Positions 25,153 to 33,058 of a stretch of 37,773 nucleotides of DNA are shown here, piece after piece. How positions within the stretch are numbered: the stretch's first letter is position 1; each line of letters begins with the position of its first letter. Below the pieces are notes generated by a model. That model was not told the DNA's origin. It ran no database searches and saw only the letters and a list, made by a program, of their open reading frames with translations. The position numbers and the translations under genes were made by a program. This DNA comes from a virus (lineage: Duplodnaviria > Caudoviricetes): positions 1 through 37,773 of the IMG/VR virus record IMGVR_UViG_3300048074_000106. One strand, given 5' to 3'.

Positions 25153-25802
25153 CACCTCACCCCGTTCCTGAAGTGCGCCTCGAGGACGATGCGGGCCTCC
25201 TGCACCAGACGGAACTCCTCCGCCTTGCCCCCCTGGTCGGGGTGGGTACGACGCACAGCGACGCGCCAGGCGTCGATCATCCGGGGCTCCCCGACAAGGA
25301 CGTCGGCCGGACGCCTCTCGCTCAGCCTGGCGAGGATCTCGGCCGCCTCGCGGTAGGTCTTCACCTGGACCTCGTTCACCGGCCCCGGCAGTGCGCGCCA
25401 CCCGCGGTACTGTTCCCCCCGGCGGGCGGTGCCGTACCGGTCGATCCGTCGCAGATCGTGAAGCGTCAGAGCGATTGCGCGGACGTTGTCCTGCCAGCCC
25501 GAGAAGCGATCGCACGCGAGCTTGACCGGCCCGTGCATGGACTCGAAGGCGATGATGACCCCCGGATGCGACGGCCTCGCCGTGGCGCGCGGGCGAGATC
25601 CGTCCTGCAGGATCTCGTTCTCGCTCACCGCGAGCATGAGCACGATCTGCTTCGCGCGTAGCGCGTCCAGCTCGCGGCGAAGGATCCCCAGGGTGTTGGT
25701 CCAGCTCGCCCGGAAGATCGCCACCTTCCGCTTCTCCTGCGGCGTCTGAACCCCCGGCCAAAGGTCGATGGGACGACACGTGACGTTGAGGTTGCCGAAC
25801 AT
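25152..25802 (-). CDS. Phage DnaJ-like (C-terminal J-domain) protein, 216 aa
   Basis: HPGV, CDRF..WQDNVRAIALTL..LR.IDRYG....EQYRGWRALP and RRTHPDQGG..EEF. Confidence 0.85.
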   Translation of the reverse strand: MFGNLNVTCRPIDLWPGVQTPQEKRKVAIFRASWTNTLGILRRELDALRAKQIVLMLAVSENEILQDGSRPRATARPSHPGVIIAFESMHGPVKLACDRFSGWQDNVRAIALTLHDLRRIDRYGTARRGEQYRGWRALPGPVNEVQVKTYREAAEILARLSERRPADVLVGEPRMIDAWRVAVRRTHPDQGGKAEEFRLVQEARIVLEAHFRNGVR

Positions 25803-25812
25803 GCCCGCCCCC

Positions 25813-27507
25813 TCAGCGCTTCTTGCCGGCACGCTTGCGCGCAGGCTTCTTGGAGGTCTTCTTCGCGGCCGCGGCCTTCGGTGCCTGGGCGGAGGCCTTC
25901 CCCGCAACCGGCTTCTTGACCGCCTTCAGCGAAGCCCTCTCCTTCAGTTCGACCGTCACCCGCTTCGCGATCGCCGCGCGGTCGATGCCGAGCAGCTCGC
26001 AGAAGTCACCGGTCGAGGTGCCGTCGCGTTTGGCGCCGTGAGAGTCGTGCGAGACGTCCCGGTGGGCGAGCAGCTCGAGGACCAGGCCGAAGCACGCCGA
26101 CGCTGAGGCGTCAGCGAGCTCCTCCATGAGCACGTCCTCGGGGCGCCATCCCTTCCCCGTCTTCTTGAGACCCCGGCGCGCGGCGACGTCACGCGCGGAG
26201 TCGTGCCACGCGGATCGCACGGCCGCCCGGGCGAGCGCCTTCCAGAGAGTGACCTCGTCCAGGTCCTGGTTGACGAACCTGAGCCCGCCCTTTGCCGCGA
26301 TCGCGTCAAGGACCTCGCGCGCAACCGCTGCCTGGATCTTCGCCGTCTCACGTCGCTTCTTCTCGCCGGCGGAGGCCGTGGTGGATGAGCCGCGCCCGTT
26401 GCGGCGCTCGAACCAAGTGTGCCCACGTTCCTTCATCGCCGCGGCGAGCCCGGCCTTAGCGGCGAGCTCCACGATCTTCCCTTCCGGCGATCGAACGAGG
26501 GTCACCTTCACCGCGTCTCCGAGGAGCTTCCGCCAGGTGCGCCTCTTCGGGTCTTCCCAGGCTTGGTGGTCGAGTTCGACGAACGGCGCGCCCCTGACGA
26601 CTTGCTCCCCGTAGGGGAAGAGCTTCTTGACTTCAGCCTTCTTCTCGATGACCGTGCCGCCGGCGTTCTTCACCTCCACCTTCCGGATCTCCCAGACGGC
26701 GTCCACTTTCTTCCCCCAGCAGACCGGATCCGTGCATCGGTTGTCCTTGCCGTCCTCCCCGAAGAGGTCCGCGTTGTGTCCGGTCCGTTTCGGGCAGACG
26801 GTGCACGCGCCCGCGGCTGGGACGAGCTCAGCGTCGCTCGGCTTGAAGGGCGCCTCGGCGAGCCGGTGCAGCTGGAACTTCGCCCAGTGTCGGATGTCGT
26901 TGGCGGTGATGGGATCGTCAGCTTCCCCGTCGTGACGCCCATCGTTGTTCTTGAAGGCCTCGTCCTGGGTCGCCGGATCCGCGATGCGAGCCAGAAGGAC
27001 GGCGGCCCCAAGGGTGATCTTCCCGGCCTGGAGCGCCTTGACGTTCCCTGGTGTCAACCGGAGCAGCTGCAGCCGCTGGTAGACGTAGGGCTTCGAGCGG
27101 CCGATCTTGGCCGCGATCTCCTCCACCGGAAGCTGGTGCTCCTCGAGGAGAACCCGGTAGGCCTCGGCCTCATCCATCGGCGAAAGGTCCTCGCGCTGGC
27201 AGTTCTCGACGAGCTGGGCCTCGTGGGCCTCCTTGTCGGTCATCTCCTTGATCACCGCGGGGACCACCTCGAGGCCCGCCAGCTTGGCAGCCCGGAACCG
27301 CCGGTGGCCGGCGATGATCTCGAAGCGATTTCCCTTCGGGCGCACCAGGATCGGCTGCAGGACGCCCTTTTCCTTGATCGACTCGGTGAGTTCGGTGAGG
27401 TCGCCGAACCCCTTCCTCGGGTTGGTCGGTGACTCGTCGAGAGTCTCCAACAGAAGATCCGCCCCCGCCGCCGGCAGGCCGGCAGAGGTGATCGTGATCG
27501 AAGACAT
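25813..27507 (-). CDS. ParB/Srx-domain protein, 564 aa
   Basis: SPTNPRK, ELTESIKEKGVLQPILVRP, IIAGHRRFRAA, ENCQREDL.P.DEA, an HTH, CTVCPKRTG...CTDPVCW and a Lys/Ala-rich tail. Confidence 0.9.
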   Translation of the reverse strand: MSSITITSAGLPAAGADLLLETLDESPTNPRKGFGDLTELTESIKEKGVLQPILVRPKGNRFEIIAGHRRFRAAKLAGLEVVPAVIKEMTDKEAHEAQLVENCQREDLSPMDEAEAYRVLLEEHQLPVEEIAAKIGRSKPYVYQRLQLLRLTPGNVKALQAGKITLGAAVLLARIADPATQDEAFKNNDGRHDGEADDPITANDIRHWAKFQLHRLAEAPFKPSDAELVPAAGACTVCPKRTGHNADLFGEDGKDNRCTDPVCWGKKVDAVWEIRKVEVKNAGGTVIEKKAEVKKLFPYGEQVVRGAPFVELDHQAWEDPKRRTWRKLLGDAVKVTLVRSPEGKIVELAAKAGLAAAMKERGHTWFERRNGRGSSTTASAGEKKRRETAKIQAAVAREVLDAIAAKGGLRFVNQDLDEVTLWKALARAAVRSAWHDSARDVAARRGLKKTGKGWRPEDVLMEELADASASACFGLVLELLAHRDVSHDSHGAKRDGTSTGDFCELLGIDRAAIAKRVTVELKERASLKAVKKPVAGKASAQAPKAAAAKKTSKKPARKRAGKKR

Positions 27508-27557
27508 GCACACCCCCCTTTGTTCCTACCGCCGAGGCCTCGCGCCACGGCGCCTAC

Positions 27558-27932
27558 TCACACCCTCAACTGCAGCTGCTCGCCCGGCCGGACATCGGCC
27601 AGCTCGAGCTGGATCTCTCTCAGCAGCCGGCGGCGGAGTTCCCTCCGGATCGCTGACCGCGTTCTCAGGATGGCCAGGGCGCGGCTGCGCAGATGCGCCA
27701 ACACCGGCTGCATCTCCTCCTCGCCCATCGCAAAGAAATACCCGTCGTCCCCTGATCCGATCAGGAAGCCGCCCCGCCGCGCGCTCTCGACCGCCTCCCG
27801 GATCACCCTCTCCGAGACTCCGAAGTGGGCGCCGAGCTCAGACCCCTTCAGCGGCGGCCGCTCCTGGTGACGTCGCTCCTCGAGGAAATCGACGACCGAG
27901 AGCGCGAAGAGGTGGAGCCGCTCGCCCGTCAT
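27558..27932 (-). CDS. Winged-helix DNA-binding protein, 124 aa
   Basis: GSELGAHFGVSERVIREAVESARRGGFLIGS.DDGYF. Confidence 0.78.
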   Translation of the reverse strand: MTGERLHLFALSVVDFLEERRHQERPPLKGSELGAHFGVSERVIREAVESARRGGFLIGSGDDGYFFAMGEEEMQPVLAHLRSRALAILRTRSAIRRELRRRLLREIQLELADVRPGEQLQLRV

Positions 27933-27934
27933 GC

Positions 27935-28402
27935 CTATCGCCCTGGGATCCACACCTCGCCCGGCGACCAGCAGCCTCGACGGAGGCCTGACGTTCCGAG
28001 CGGGGGGAAGTAGTACTGATCGATCGGTGCACAGAGCCGCGTCGCGCGCCCGCTCCCGATGTTGATCGCCTCCACCCTGAACCTGTAGTCAGCGATCGAG
28101 TGCCAAGGCCGAACGCGCACCGCGTGGTAGAGCGAGTCCGCGGCCGTGCTGTCTGGGTTTGCCGTCTCCGCGAAGTCGACAAAGCCGGCCAGAACCTCGA
28201 AGATGTCCCCATCGGCACGGCCGTAGACCTCGAGGTAGGCGATCTGGTCGAGCCCGGCCCACGGCCTGCTCGTGTCGGGCAGGCAGGTGTTCGGGATGGC
28301 CAGGTACTTCGGCGCCCGCACTGCGATCGTGAACGAGCAGTCCTGAGCGGCCGCAACGCCGGCGATGGCCGTGAGAACGAGCGCACCGAGAAGCCCCCGC
28401 AC
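27935..28402 (-). CDS. Exported beta-sandwich (FN3-like) hypothetical protein
   Basis: Signal peptide MRGLLGALVLTAIAGVAAA|QD, motif YRFRVEAIN..G and four Cys. Confidence 0.65.
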   Translation of the reverse strand: MRGLLGALVLTAIAGVAAAQDCSFTIAVRAPKYLAIPNTCLPDTSRPWAGLDQIAYLEVYGRADGDIFEVLAGFVDFAETANPDSTAADSLYHAVRVRPWHSIADYRFRVEAINIGSGRATRLCAPIDQYYFPPLGTSGLRRGCWSPGEVWIPGR

Positions 28403-28404
28403 GA

Positions 28405-28839
28405 TCAGATCGCCAGGCCTTCGGGCGTGATCAGCGCGTGGATGAGATCGAGGCCCCGCTGAACGACCTCGAGTTCCGCATTCGCTTCATCGCGCCGGTA
28501 CTTTGCGCACACCTCCGGATAGTTCCCTTTGCAGTAGAAGGCGGCCATCTCCCGAGCGTTGCCAAGGTTGGCGGTCGCTACTCGGTAGAGCTGATACTTC
28601 TCCGTCCACTCCGGCGCGCCATCGACTACCCCCCTGTCCCCCGCGTCCAAGAGCCCCGCACCTCGCCAGCCTTCGATCACCCGGAAGGTCTCGTTCGCCA
28701 AGCTCCGGGTGGCGGCAGTCAGGTGCGCGCGGCGGGCAACGTGCCCGTCGAGCGCCGAGACCAGTGCCCCGGCCTCCAACTCCATCTGCGAGCGCTGGTG
28801 CACCGTCCGCTTGACTTGATCATCAAGGTCTTTGCTCAT
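28405..28839 (-). CDS. Hypothetical helical protein, 144 aa
   Basis: GGGGAG SD and tight packing in the early operon. Confidence 0.65.
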   Translation of the reverse strand: MSKDLDDQVKRTVHQRSQMELEAGALVSALDGHVARRAHLTAATRSLANETFRVIEGWRGAGLLDAGDRGVVDGAPEWTEKYQLYRVATANLGNAREMAAFYCKGNYPEVCAKYRRDEANAELEVVQRGLDLIHALITPEGLAI

Positions 28840-28854
28840 GGTCTCCCCCGGATT

Positions 28855-28892
28855 CCGCCGGGCCCGAGAGTGAGTCGTCCCGGGCCCGGCGG
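28855..28892 (-). terminator. Strong intergenic hairpin after the Ig-like gene (no U-tract)
   Basis: Perfect 12-bp arms CCGCCGGGCCCG (28855-28866) and CGGGCCCGGCGG (28881-28892). Confidence 0.5.
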
Positions 28893-28922
28893 TGATCCTT
28901 GTTCCGCTCTCTCTGCGCTCCG

Positions 28923-29249
28923 CTATTCGGGCCCCATCTGCGCCCTCTTGCGCGGCTCCCCGAAGCTGAGCGTCCCGCCGGCAGGCACACCGAGGCCGAT
29001 CGTCACGTCTCCGGTGTAGTCAGCGGTCGCCCCGTCGGGCGTGGTTACCCGGATCGCCAGCTGGGCGGAGCCCACGATCCCGGTCGCCCGCGCGATCCCC
29101 GTCCCCGGATTATCCGGGCTCTCGATGAACTCGCAGACCTCGGTGTTGCTCGACATGAACTCCACCGAGGCGATCTCGCACGGGTCCCCGTCGTCATCCA
29201 CGACGGGCGGCAGGGCGACATCCACCTCTTCGTCAATCTCGAACCTCAT
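28923..29249 (-). CDS. Acidic Ig-like (Big_2-like) protein without signal peptide, 108 aa
   Basis: AGGAG SD. VDDDGDP...VEFMSSNTEVCEF...ATGIVGSAQLAIRV...TGDVTI is an Ig-like strand pattern, followed by the tail GVPAGGTLSFGEPRKR. Confidence 0.72.
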   Translation of the reverse strand: MRFEIDEEVDVALPPVVDDDGDPCEIASVEFMSSNTEVCEFIESPDNPGTGIARATGIVGSAQLAIRVTTPDGATADYTGDVTIGLGVPAGGTLSFGEPRKRAQMGPE

Positions 29250-29253
29250 CCGC

Positions 29254-29397
29254 TCATCTCCTCTTTCGTGGCGCGCCGAAGATGAGCCTGCCCCCCGTGG
29301 GCTGCCCCGGCTTCGAGCGCATCCGTAGCACTCCGAATAGAAACCAACTGACCACGATCCCAATCGCGACACCCACGGCGATGAGCACGACGGTCAT
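29254..29397 (-). CDS. 47-aa single-TM peptide (not in the ORF track)
   Basis: ATG overlaps the upstream stop (ATGA). Sequence MTVVLIAVGVAIGIVVSWFLFGVLRMRSKPGQPTGGRLIFGAPRKRR fills the gap exactly and contains the SD of the next gene. Confidence 0.8.
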   Translation of the reverse strand: MTVVLIAVGVAIGIVVSWFLFGVLRMRSKPGQPTGGRLIFGAPRKRR

Positions 29398-29624
29398 GCC
29401 GGTCGCCCCACGAGAGCGAGCTCAGGTGTTGGCCCCGGTCCGCACTGAGAACCGAGTCCTGTGCGACGCTCCTGATTGGGGATCGGCGGCAGTCGCAGCC
29501 ATGCGTCGTGGATCATCTCGAGCGTGGTCCGCGTCCACCCGCACGCGGAGCAGGACCAGGTGCCGCGCTGCCCGGCGACCGGGGGCGTGAAGATGGTGAG
29601 CTCACCGCAGTCGGGGCACTTCAT
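29394..29624 (-). CDS. Zinc-ribbon protein, 76 aa
   Basis: MKCPDCG...WSCSACGW; ATGA overlaps on both sides. Confidence 0.7.
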   Translation of the reverse strand: MKCPDCGELTIFTPPVAGQRGTWSCSACGWTRTTLEMIHDAWLRLPPIPNQERRTGLGSQCGPGPTPELALVGRPA

Positions 29625-29806
29625 CGCGGCACCGACGATGCGAGGTGCTCGGCGCGCTTGATTGCGCCGTAGCGCTCGCGGTTCGCCCTCATGGCCAGAA
29701 AGACTGCATGGTCGACCCGGCCCTCCTTCGCGATCGCCGCCGCCTTCCGTGCGCGGTTCCGATTGCCGGGCTTTCTCTTGCGCCCCCGCTGGCGCCCGCG
29801 GCTCAC
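29621..29806 (-). CDS. Small basic hypothetical protein, 61 aa
   Basis: GTGA/ATGA overlaps with both neighbours. Confidence 0.6.
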   Translation of the reverse strand: MSRGRQRGRKRKPGNRNRARKAAAIAKEGRVDHAVFLAMRANRERYGAIKRAEHLASSVPR

Positions 29807-30402
29807 TCCCGGTCTCCCGCGGGCACGGCGAACTCGGCGCCGCCGGCGAAGGGGATCCGCTTCTGCAGCACCGCGGACTCGATCTTGCGGAGCGTGTCAT
29901 TCCAGGCGCCGTGACGGTTCAGGGCCTCCGGGTAGACCTCGCACGGGCTCACGTTCTCGAGCGCCCCGGAATCCAGCTTGCGGTGGAGGCGGCAGAGCTC
30001 GGTGTCGATGAGCGCGAGTCGGTCCTTCTGGTTGAGGTCCTTCCACACCATCCAGGCCACCTTGAGCGTGGCGTCGATGCCGGAGAGACATGCCATCTCC
30101 ACACTGAACTTGGAGACTCGCGCGGCGATGCTGCGGCCGCCCCGGTTCATGGCTTTCTGCACGAAGAGGCAGCGGATCTTCACGTTGACCAGGTCGCTGT
30201 GATACTCAAGCGCTCGCTTCACCACCGGCACGACCTCGGGCGCATCGATCAGCTTCTCCTCGACCCCCTGCTCGTTCACCGGCCAGAGAGCTAGCGAAGG
30301 CACGGCCTTTGGTTCCAGCTGCTCCCCGGCCGGCGGGTACTCCACCCGAGTCCGGCGGGCGCGCGCCGCGGGATCCAGCTTGGCCTCCGATCGCTTCACC
30401 AT
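29803..30402 (-). CDS. Putative phage metallopeptidase-like protein with degenerate zinc motif
   Basis: HSDL.NVKIRCLF, W.DLNQKDRLALIDTELCRL and E.LNRHGAW; GAGGAG SD. Confidence 0.65.
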   Translation of the reverse strand: MVKRSEAKLDPAARARRTRVEYPPAGEQLEPKAVPSLALWPVNEQGVEEKLIDAPEVVPVVKRALEYHSDLVNVKIRCLFVQKAMNRGGRSIAARVSKFSVEMACLSGIDATLKVAWMVWKDLNQKDRLALIDTELCRLHRKLDSGALENVSPCEVYPEALNRHGAWNDTLRKIESAVLQKRIPFAGGAEFAVPAGDRE

Positions 30403-30454
30403 CTCAACTCCTCGCCCGAGCCACCCCTGAGCCCAGGCACAGCGCCCGTCTTCG

Positions 30455-30571
30455 CCGCCGGTCGAAGATCGAGCGCCCCCCTTTGCATCCCCGGCGGTTC
30501 GCGGTCCTGGCTGAACTTGCTGCTGAGACTTCCCCCATCTCTAGCCCCGTCGTCCTACCATCGGACCGCGA
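30455..30571 (-). ncRNA. Putative two-hairpin trans-acting antisense/activator RNA
   Basis: Lies in a 175-bp intergenic gap. Stems UCGCGGUCC/GGACCGCGA and CCGCCGG/CCGGCGG each enclose a block complementary to the leader at 835-863. Confidence 0.6.
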
Positions 30572-30577
30572 GTACTC

Positions 30578-30802
30578 TCAACGAACAGGCGCTGCCAACT
30601 GGGGCAGCGCCTCCCCCAACCAGAGCAGGAAGAGCGCGAGGAACAGCACGAAGGCCACCTGAAAGCAGAAGCCCCAGCGGACCTCGATGCCCATCTCCCA
30701 TCGAAGCCAGCGCCCCGCGGCGCGCGCCGCGCGGGCGAGCAGCTCGTCCACCTTCACCTGACGATCAAGATCTCCAGGTTCCGTCCAGCTCTGCATGCTC
30801 AT
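30578..30802 (-). CDS. Small membrane protein, 74 aa
   Basis: C-terminal hydrophobic helix; start overlaps the upstream stop (ATGA). Confidence 0.6.
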   Translation of the reverse strand: MSMQSWTEPGDLDRQVKVDELLARAARAAGRWLRWEMGIEVRWGFCFQVAFVLFLALFLLWLGEALPQLAAPVR

Positions 30803-31047
30803 CTCCTTTGCGCCACCGACGGGGAAGCGGGCAAGGTGGGTAGCACCGGAACCCGCCCCCCCGCCGTGGACGCACGCTCGGCTTTCGCCCTGCGCTCCGT
30901 AGCGCGCCTCTCAAGCTCCGCCTTTGCGATCAGCCCGAGGGACGCGAATGCCTTCACCAAGGGATCCGGATCGTTGCCGCAGCGCTCCGCGATCCGCGCC
31001 CACGTCACCAGGGCGCTGTTTGGCTCGCGGGCGAGGGCGGGAGTCAC
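30799..31047 (-). CDS. Hypothetical protein, 82 aa
   Basis: Start overlaps the cro stop (GTGA) and follows a GGAG SD. Confidence 0.55.
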   Translation of the reverse strand: MTPALAREPNSALVTWARIAERCGNDPDPLVKAFASLGLIAKAELERRATERRAKAERASTAGGRVPVLPTLPASPSVAQRR

Positions 31048-31316
31048 GGTCTCTCCCGCCGCTCATCGAGGATGCTGGTGTCGAAGAGGGCGTCCGGCCG
31101 GATCCGAAACGCGTTCACCATCGCCTGGATGAAGCGGTAGGACGGCCCCCCACGGCCGGAGAGCCAGACCTTCACCGCGTTCTCCGAAGCCCCGATCGCG
31201 CCTGCAAACTGACCGGGCGTAAGGCCTGTGGCCTCCAAGTGCGCCTGGAGCTTGCGGCTGCAAAGAGTCTGCGAGGACTCAGTTTGTGCCAATCCGACCA
31301 CCTGATGCTTGCCCAT
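31044..31316 (-). CDS. Cro-like XRE HTH regulator, 90 aa
   Basis: ATG at 31316 follows GGAGG. GLTPGQFAGAIGASENAVKVWLSGRGGPS; divergent from the repressor. Confidence 0.85.
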   Translation of the reverse strand: MGKHQVVGLAQTESSQTLCSRKLQAHLEATGLTPGQFAGAIGASENAVKVWLSGRGGPSYRFIQAMVNAFRIRPDALFDTSILDERRERP

Positions 31317-31319
31317 GTC

Positions 31320-31420
31320 TAACCCTCCGCGCCTAAGATCGTCCTCATAAGACCAAAAATCAAGCCCCAAAATGGTAGGACGGGCTATTTATTTTGTGGG
31401 TCTGGTAAGATGTTGCGCGG
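31320..31420. promoter_or_regulatory. cI/cro genetic switch region
   Basis: AT-rich gap between divergent HTH genes with four TARGAY half-site-like words, the dyad GTCCT-CAT-AAGAC and an extended -10 TGGTAAGAT toward cI. Confidence 0.65.
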
Positions 31421-31433
31421 GGAGGCGTTGAGA

Positions 31434-32111
31434 GTGAAGGAAACCGGGGATAGGCTGTACCGATTCCGGACCCTTGCCCGGCTTAGCCGCGCGGCGCTCG
31501 CAGAGATGTCCGGCGTCTCAGCGACTTCCATTCAGCGAATCGAAGCCGGCCGAGACATGACGATCGACACGGCCCGCGCTCTCGCCAAGGCGCTCGGCGT
31601 TTCTCTCGCCGAACTGACCGGCGAGGAAGCCCCCACCGAGCCGCCTCCGCGCAGAGAACGGGCCGTCATGGCCCCCTCCCCAGTAGTCGGCTATGTGGCT
31701 GATCGCGCTCCCGCTGGTGGCAGACCCATCCCGGTGATCTCCTGGGTTTCCGCAGGCGACGGTCTCGAGTACACCGACCAGGGCTACCCACCCGGTGTGA
31801 GCGACGAGTGGGTCGACCGCCCTGCAAACGTCCGCGATCGCCGGGCCTACGCGGTGCGCGTGGTCGGTGATTCGATGAGCCCCGTGATTCTGGCCGGCGA
31901 CGTGGTCGTCCTCGTGCACGATCACGAGGCCTCAGCCAACGACCTGGTCCTCGTGAAGCTCAAGTCCGGGGAGGTCTTCCTGAAGCTCCTGAGTCGGCAC
32001 GATGGGCACTTCGTGCTAGTGTCCGCCAACCCCCTGTATCCCCCATTGGTGGTCGCGCTCGACGAGCTGATGTTCCCCCCTCGCAAGGTGGCTGCGATCC
32101 TGAAGAGGTGA
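31434..32111 (+). CDS. CI-like repressor (XRE HTH + S24 peptidase)
   Basis: N-terminal HTH, cleavage site IPVISWVSAG, VVGDSMSP (Ser) and VFLKLL (Lys). Start taken at the GTG after GGAGG; 31410 and 31428 are alternatives. Confidence 0.93.
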   Translation: MKETGDRLYRFRTLARLSRAALAEMSGVSATSIQRIEAGRDMTIDTARALAKALGVSLAELTGEEAPTEPPPRRERAVMAPSPVVGYVADRAPAGGRPIPVISWVSAGDGLEYTDQGYPPGVSDEWVDRPANVRDRRAYAVRVVGDSMSPVILAGDVVVLVHDHEASANDLVLVKLKSGEVFLKLLSRHDGHFVLVSANPLYPPLVVALDELMFPPRKVAAILKR

Positions 32112-32114
32112 ACC

Positions 32115-32579
32115 ATGCGTTGCCAGTTGGGTACCTGCCTCCTGATTGTCCTCATGCTCACCGGTTGTGCCTCTGCTCCTCGCCAGCATGACTACGACAA
32201 GATGTTCACTTATGCCGAGGACTACGAGTCGATCTGGAAAGCCGTGATCGCTACGTTCGCCGAACTCAATCTTCCCATTTCCAATCTAGAAAAGGACTCG
32301 GGTTTGGTCATGACCGACTGGATCGACGTCGGATCGACCGACTTTGAGGGCAGAGCCTGCGATTGCGGCAAAGCAGGGCTGGCGACCACGCTGGCGACTC
32401 GCATGAAGTTCAACGTCTTCGTACGAGACGACAGCGGCGAAGGCATATCGGTGACGGTCAATGTCACATCTCAGCAACTCCGCGAGTTATTGGACGAGCA
32501 GAAGTGGTTTCCCTGCACATCACTCGGAAGCCTGGAGTCCGCCATCAACGTGAAGATCTCCAGTCACCTCAGATCCTAG
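32115..32579 (+). CDS. Lipoprotein, BamC-like alpha/beta domain
   Basis: Lipobox LTG|C; YESIWKAVIATFAELNLPI.NLEKDSGLV.TDW. Confidence 0.75.
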   Translation: MRCQLGTCLLIVLMLTGCASAPRQHDYDKMFTYAEDYESIWKAVIATFAELNLPISNLEKDSGLVMTDWIDVGSTDFEGRACDCGKAGLATTLATRMKFNVFVRDDSGEGISVTVNVTSQQLRELLDEQKWFPCTSLGSLESAINVKISSHLRS

Positions 32580-32597
32580 CGCCACGGAGGCTATGCC

Positions 32598-33044
32598 ATG
32601 CGTGTGCTGGTCATCGCTCTATGCCTTGTCGTCACGGGCTGCGCGAGCACGACCCCAAGGGACACCTACTACTCAGAGATGAACGCTGCGACCTCCGCCG
32701 ACTCCTTGAACTCCACCACCTTGTCCAGCGCTGACTGCTACCTCATGGGCAAGGACTCCGCGAAGGAATGGGTCAACACGGGCTGGGACACGGCCAACGG
32801 ATTCGCGGGCGGCCTCTTGTTCGGCGTGATAGGTGCCGCAATCAGCTATGCCTTCGTGGACGAACCATCGCCTCCATCGGATCTGACCTCTGACCTGAAA
32901 GAGAAGGGGTGTCGAGCGGCCTTCCGCATCGGATACGGCGAGGCTGGGCAATCGAAGAAGAGGAGTGCCACGCTGACCGGGGGGATCATTGGCACCGCGA
33001 CTCTCATTGCCATCTACGTCTCCACCTATTCCGGCTCCTACTGA
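32598..33044 (+). CDS. Lipoprotein with two Gly-rich hydrophobic segments
   Basis: GGAGG SD, lipobox VTG|C, GFAGGLLFGVIGAAISYAF and GGIIGTATLIAIYV. Confidence 0.75.
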   Translation: MRVLVIALCLVVTGCASTTPRDTYYSEMNAATSADSLNSTTLSSADCYLMGKDSAKEWVNTGWDTANGFAGGLLFGVIGAAISYAFVDEPSPPSDLTSDLKEKGCRAAFRIGYGEAGQSKKRSATLTGGIIGTATLIAIYVSTYSGSY

Positions 33045-33058
33045 TTCGCGTCCACTTC

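Noticed and set aside
25813-27507. ParB as evidence of a plasmid-prophage partition system
   Set aside because: There is no ParA or parS array, an integrase is present, and orphan ParB-domain proteins are common in phage early regions.
30424-30438. Same-sense resemblance of CCCTGAGCCCA to CCCTGACGCCCA at 865-876
   Set aside because: It is short, gapped and GC-rich, so it cannot be told from chance by eye. Worth revisiting only if conserved in relatives.
835-30539. The 20-bp inverted repeat as DNA inversion sites for the serine recombinase
   Set aside because: Inversion would cut the early genes from their promoter and point the 885-914 promoter antisense. The second 10-nt block and the hairpin context fit RNA pairing better. 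Not fully excluded without reads.
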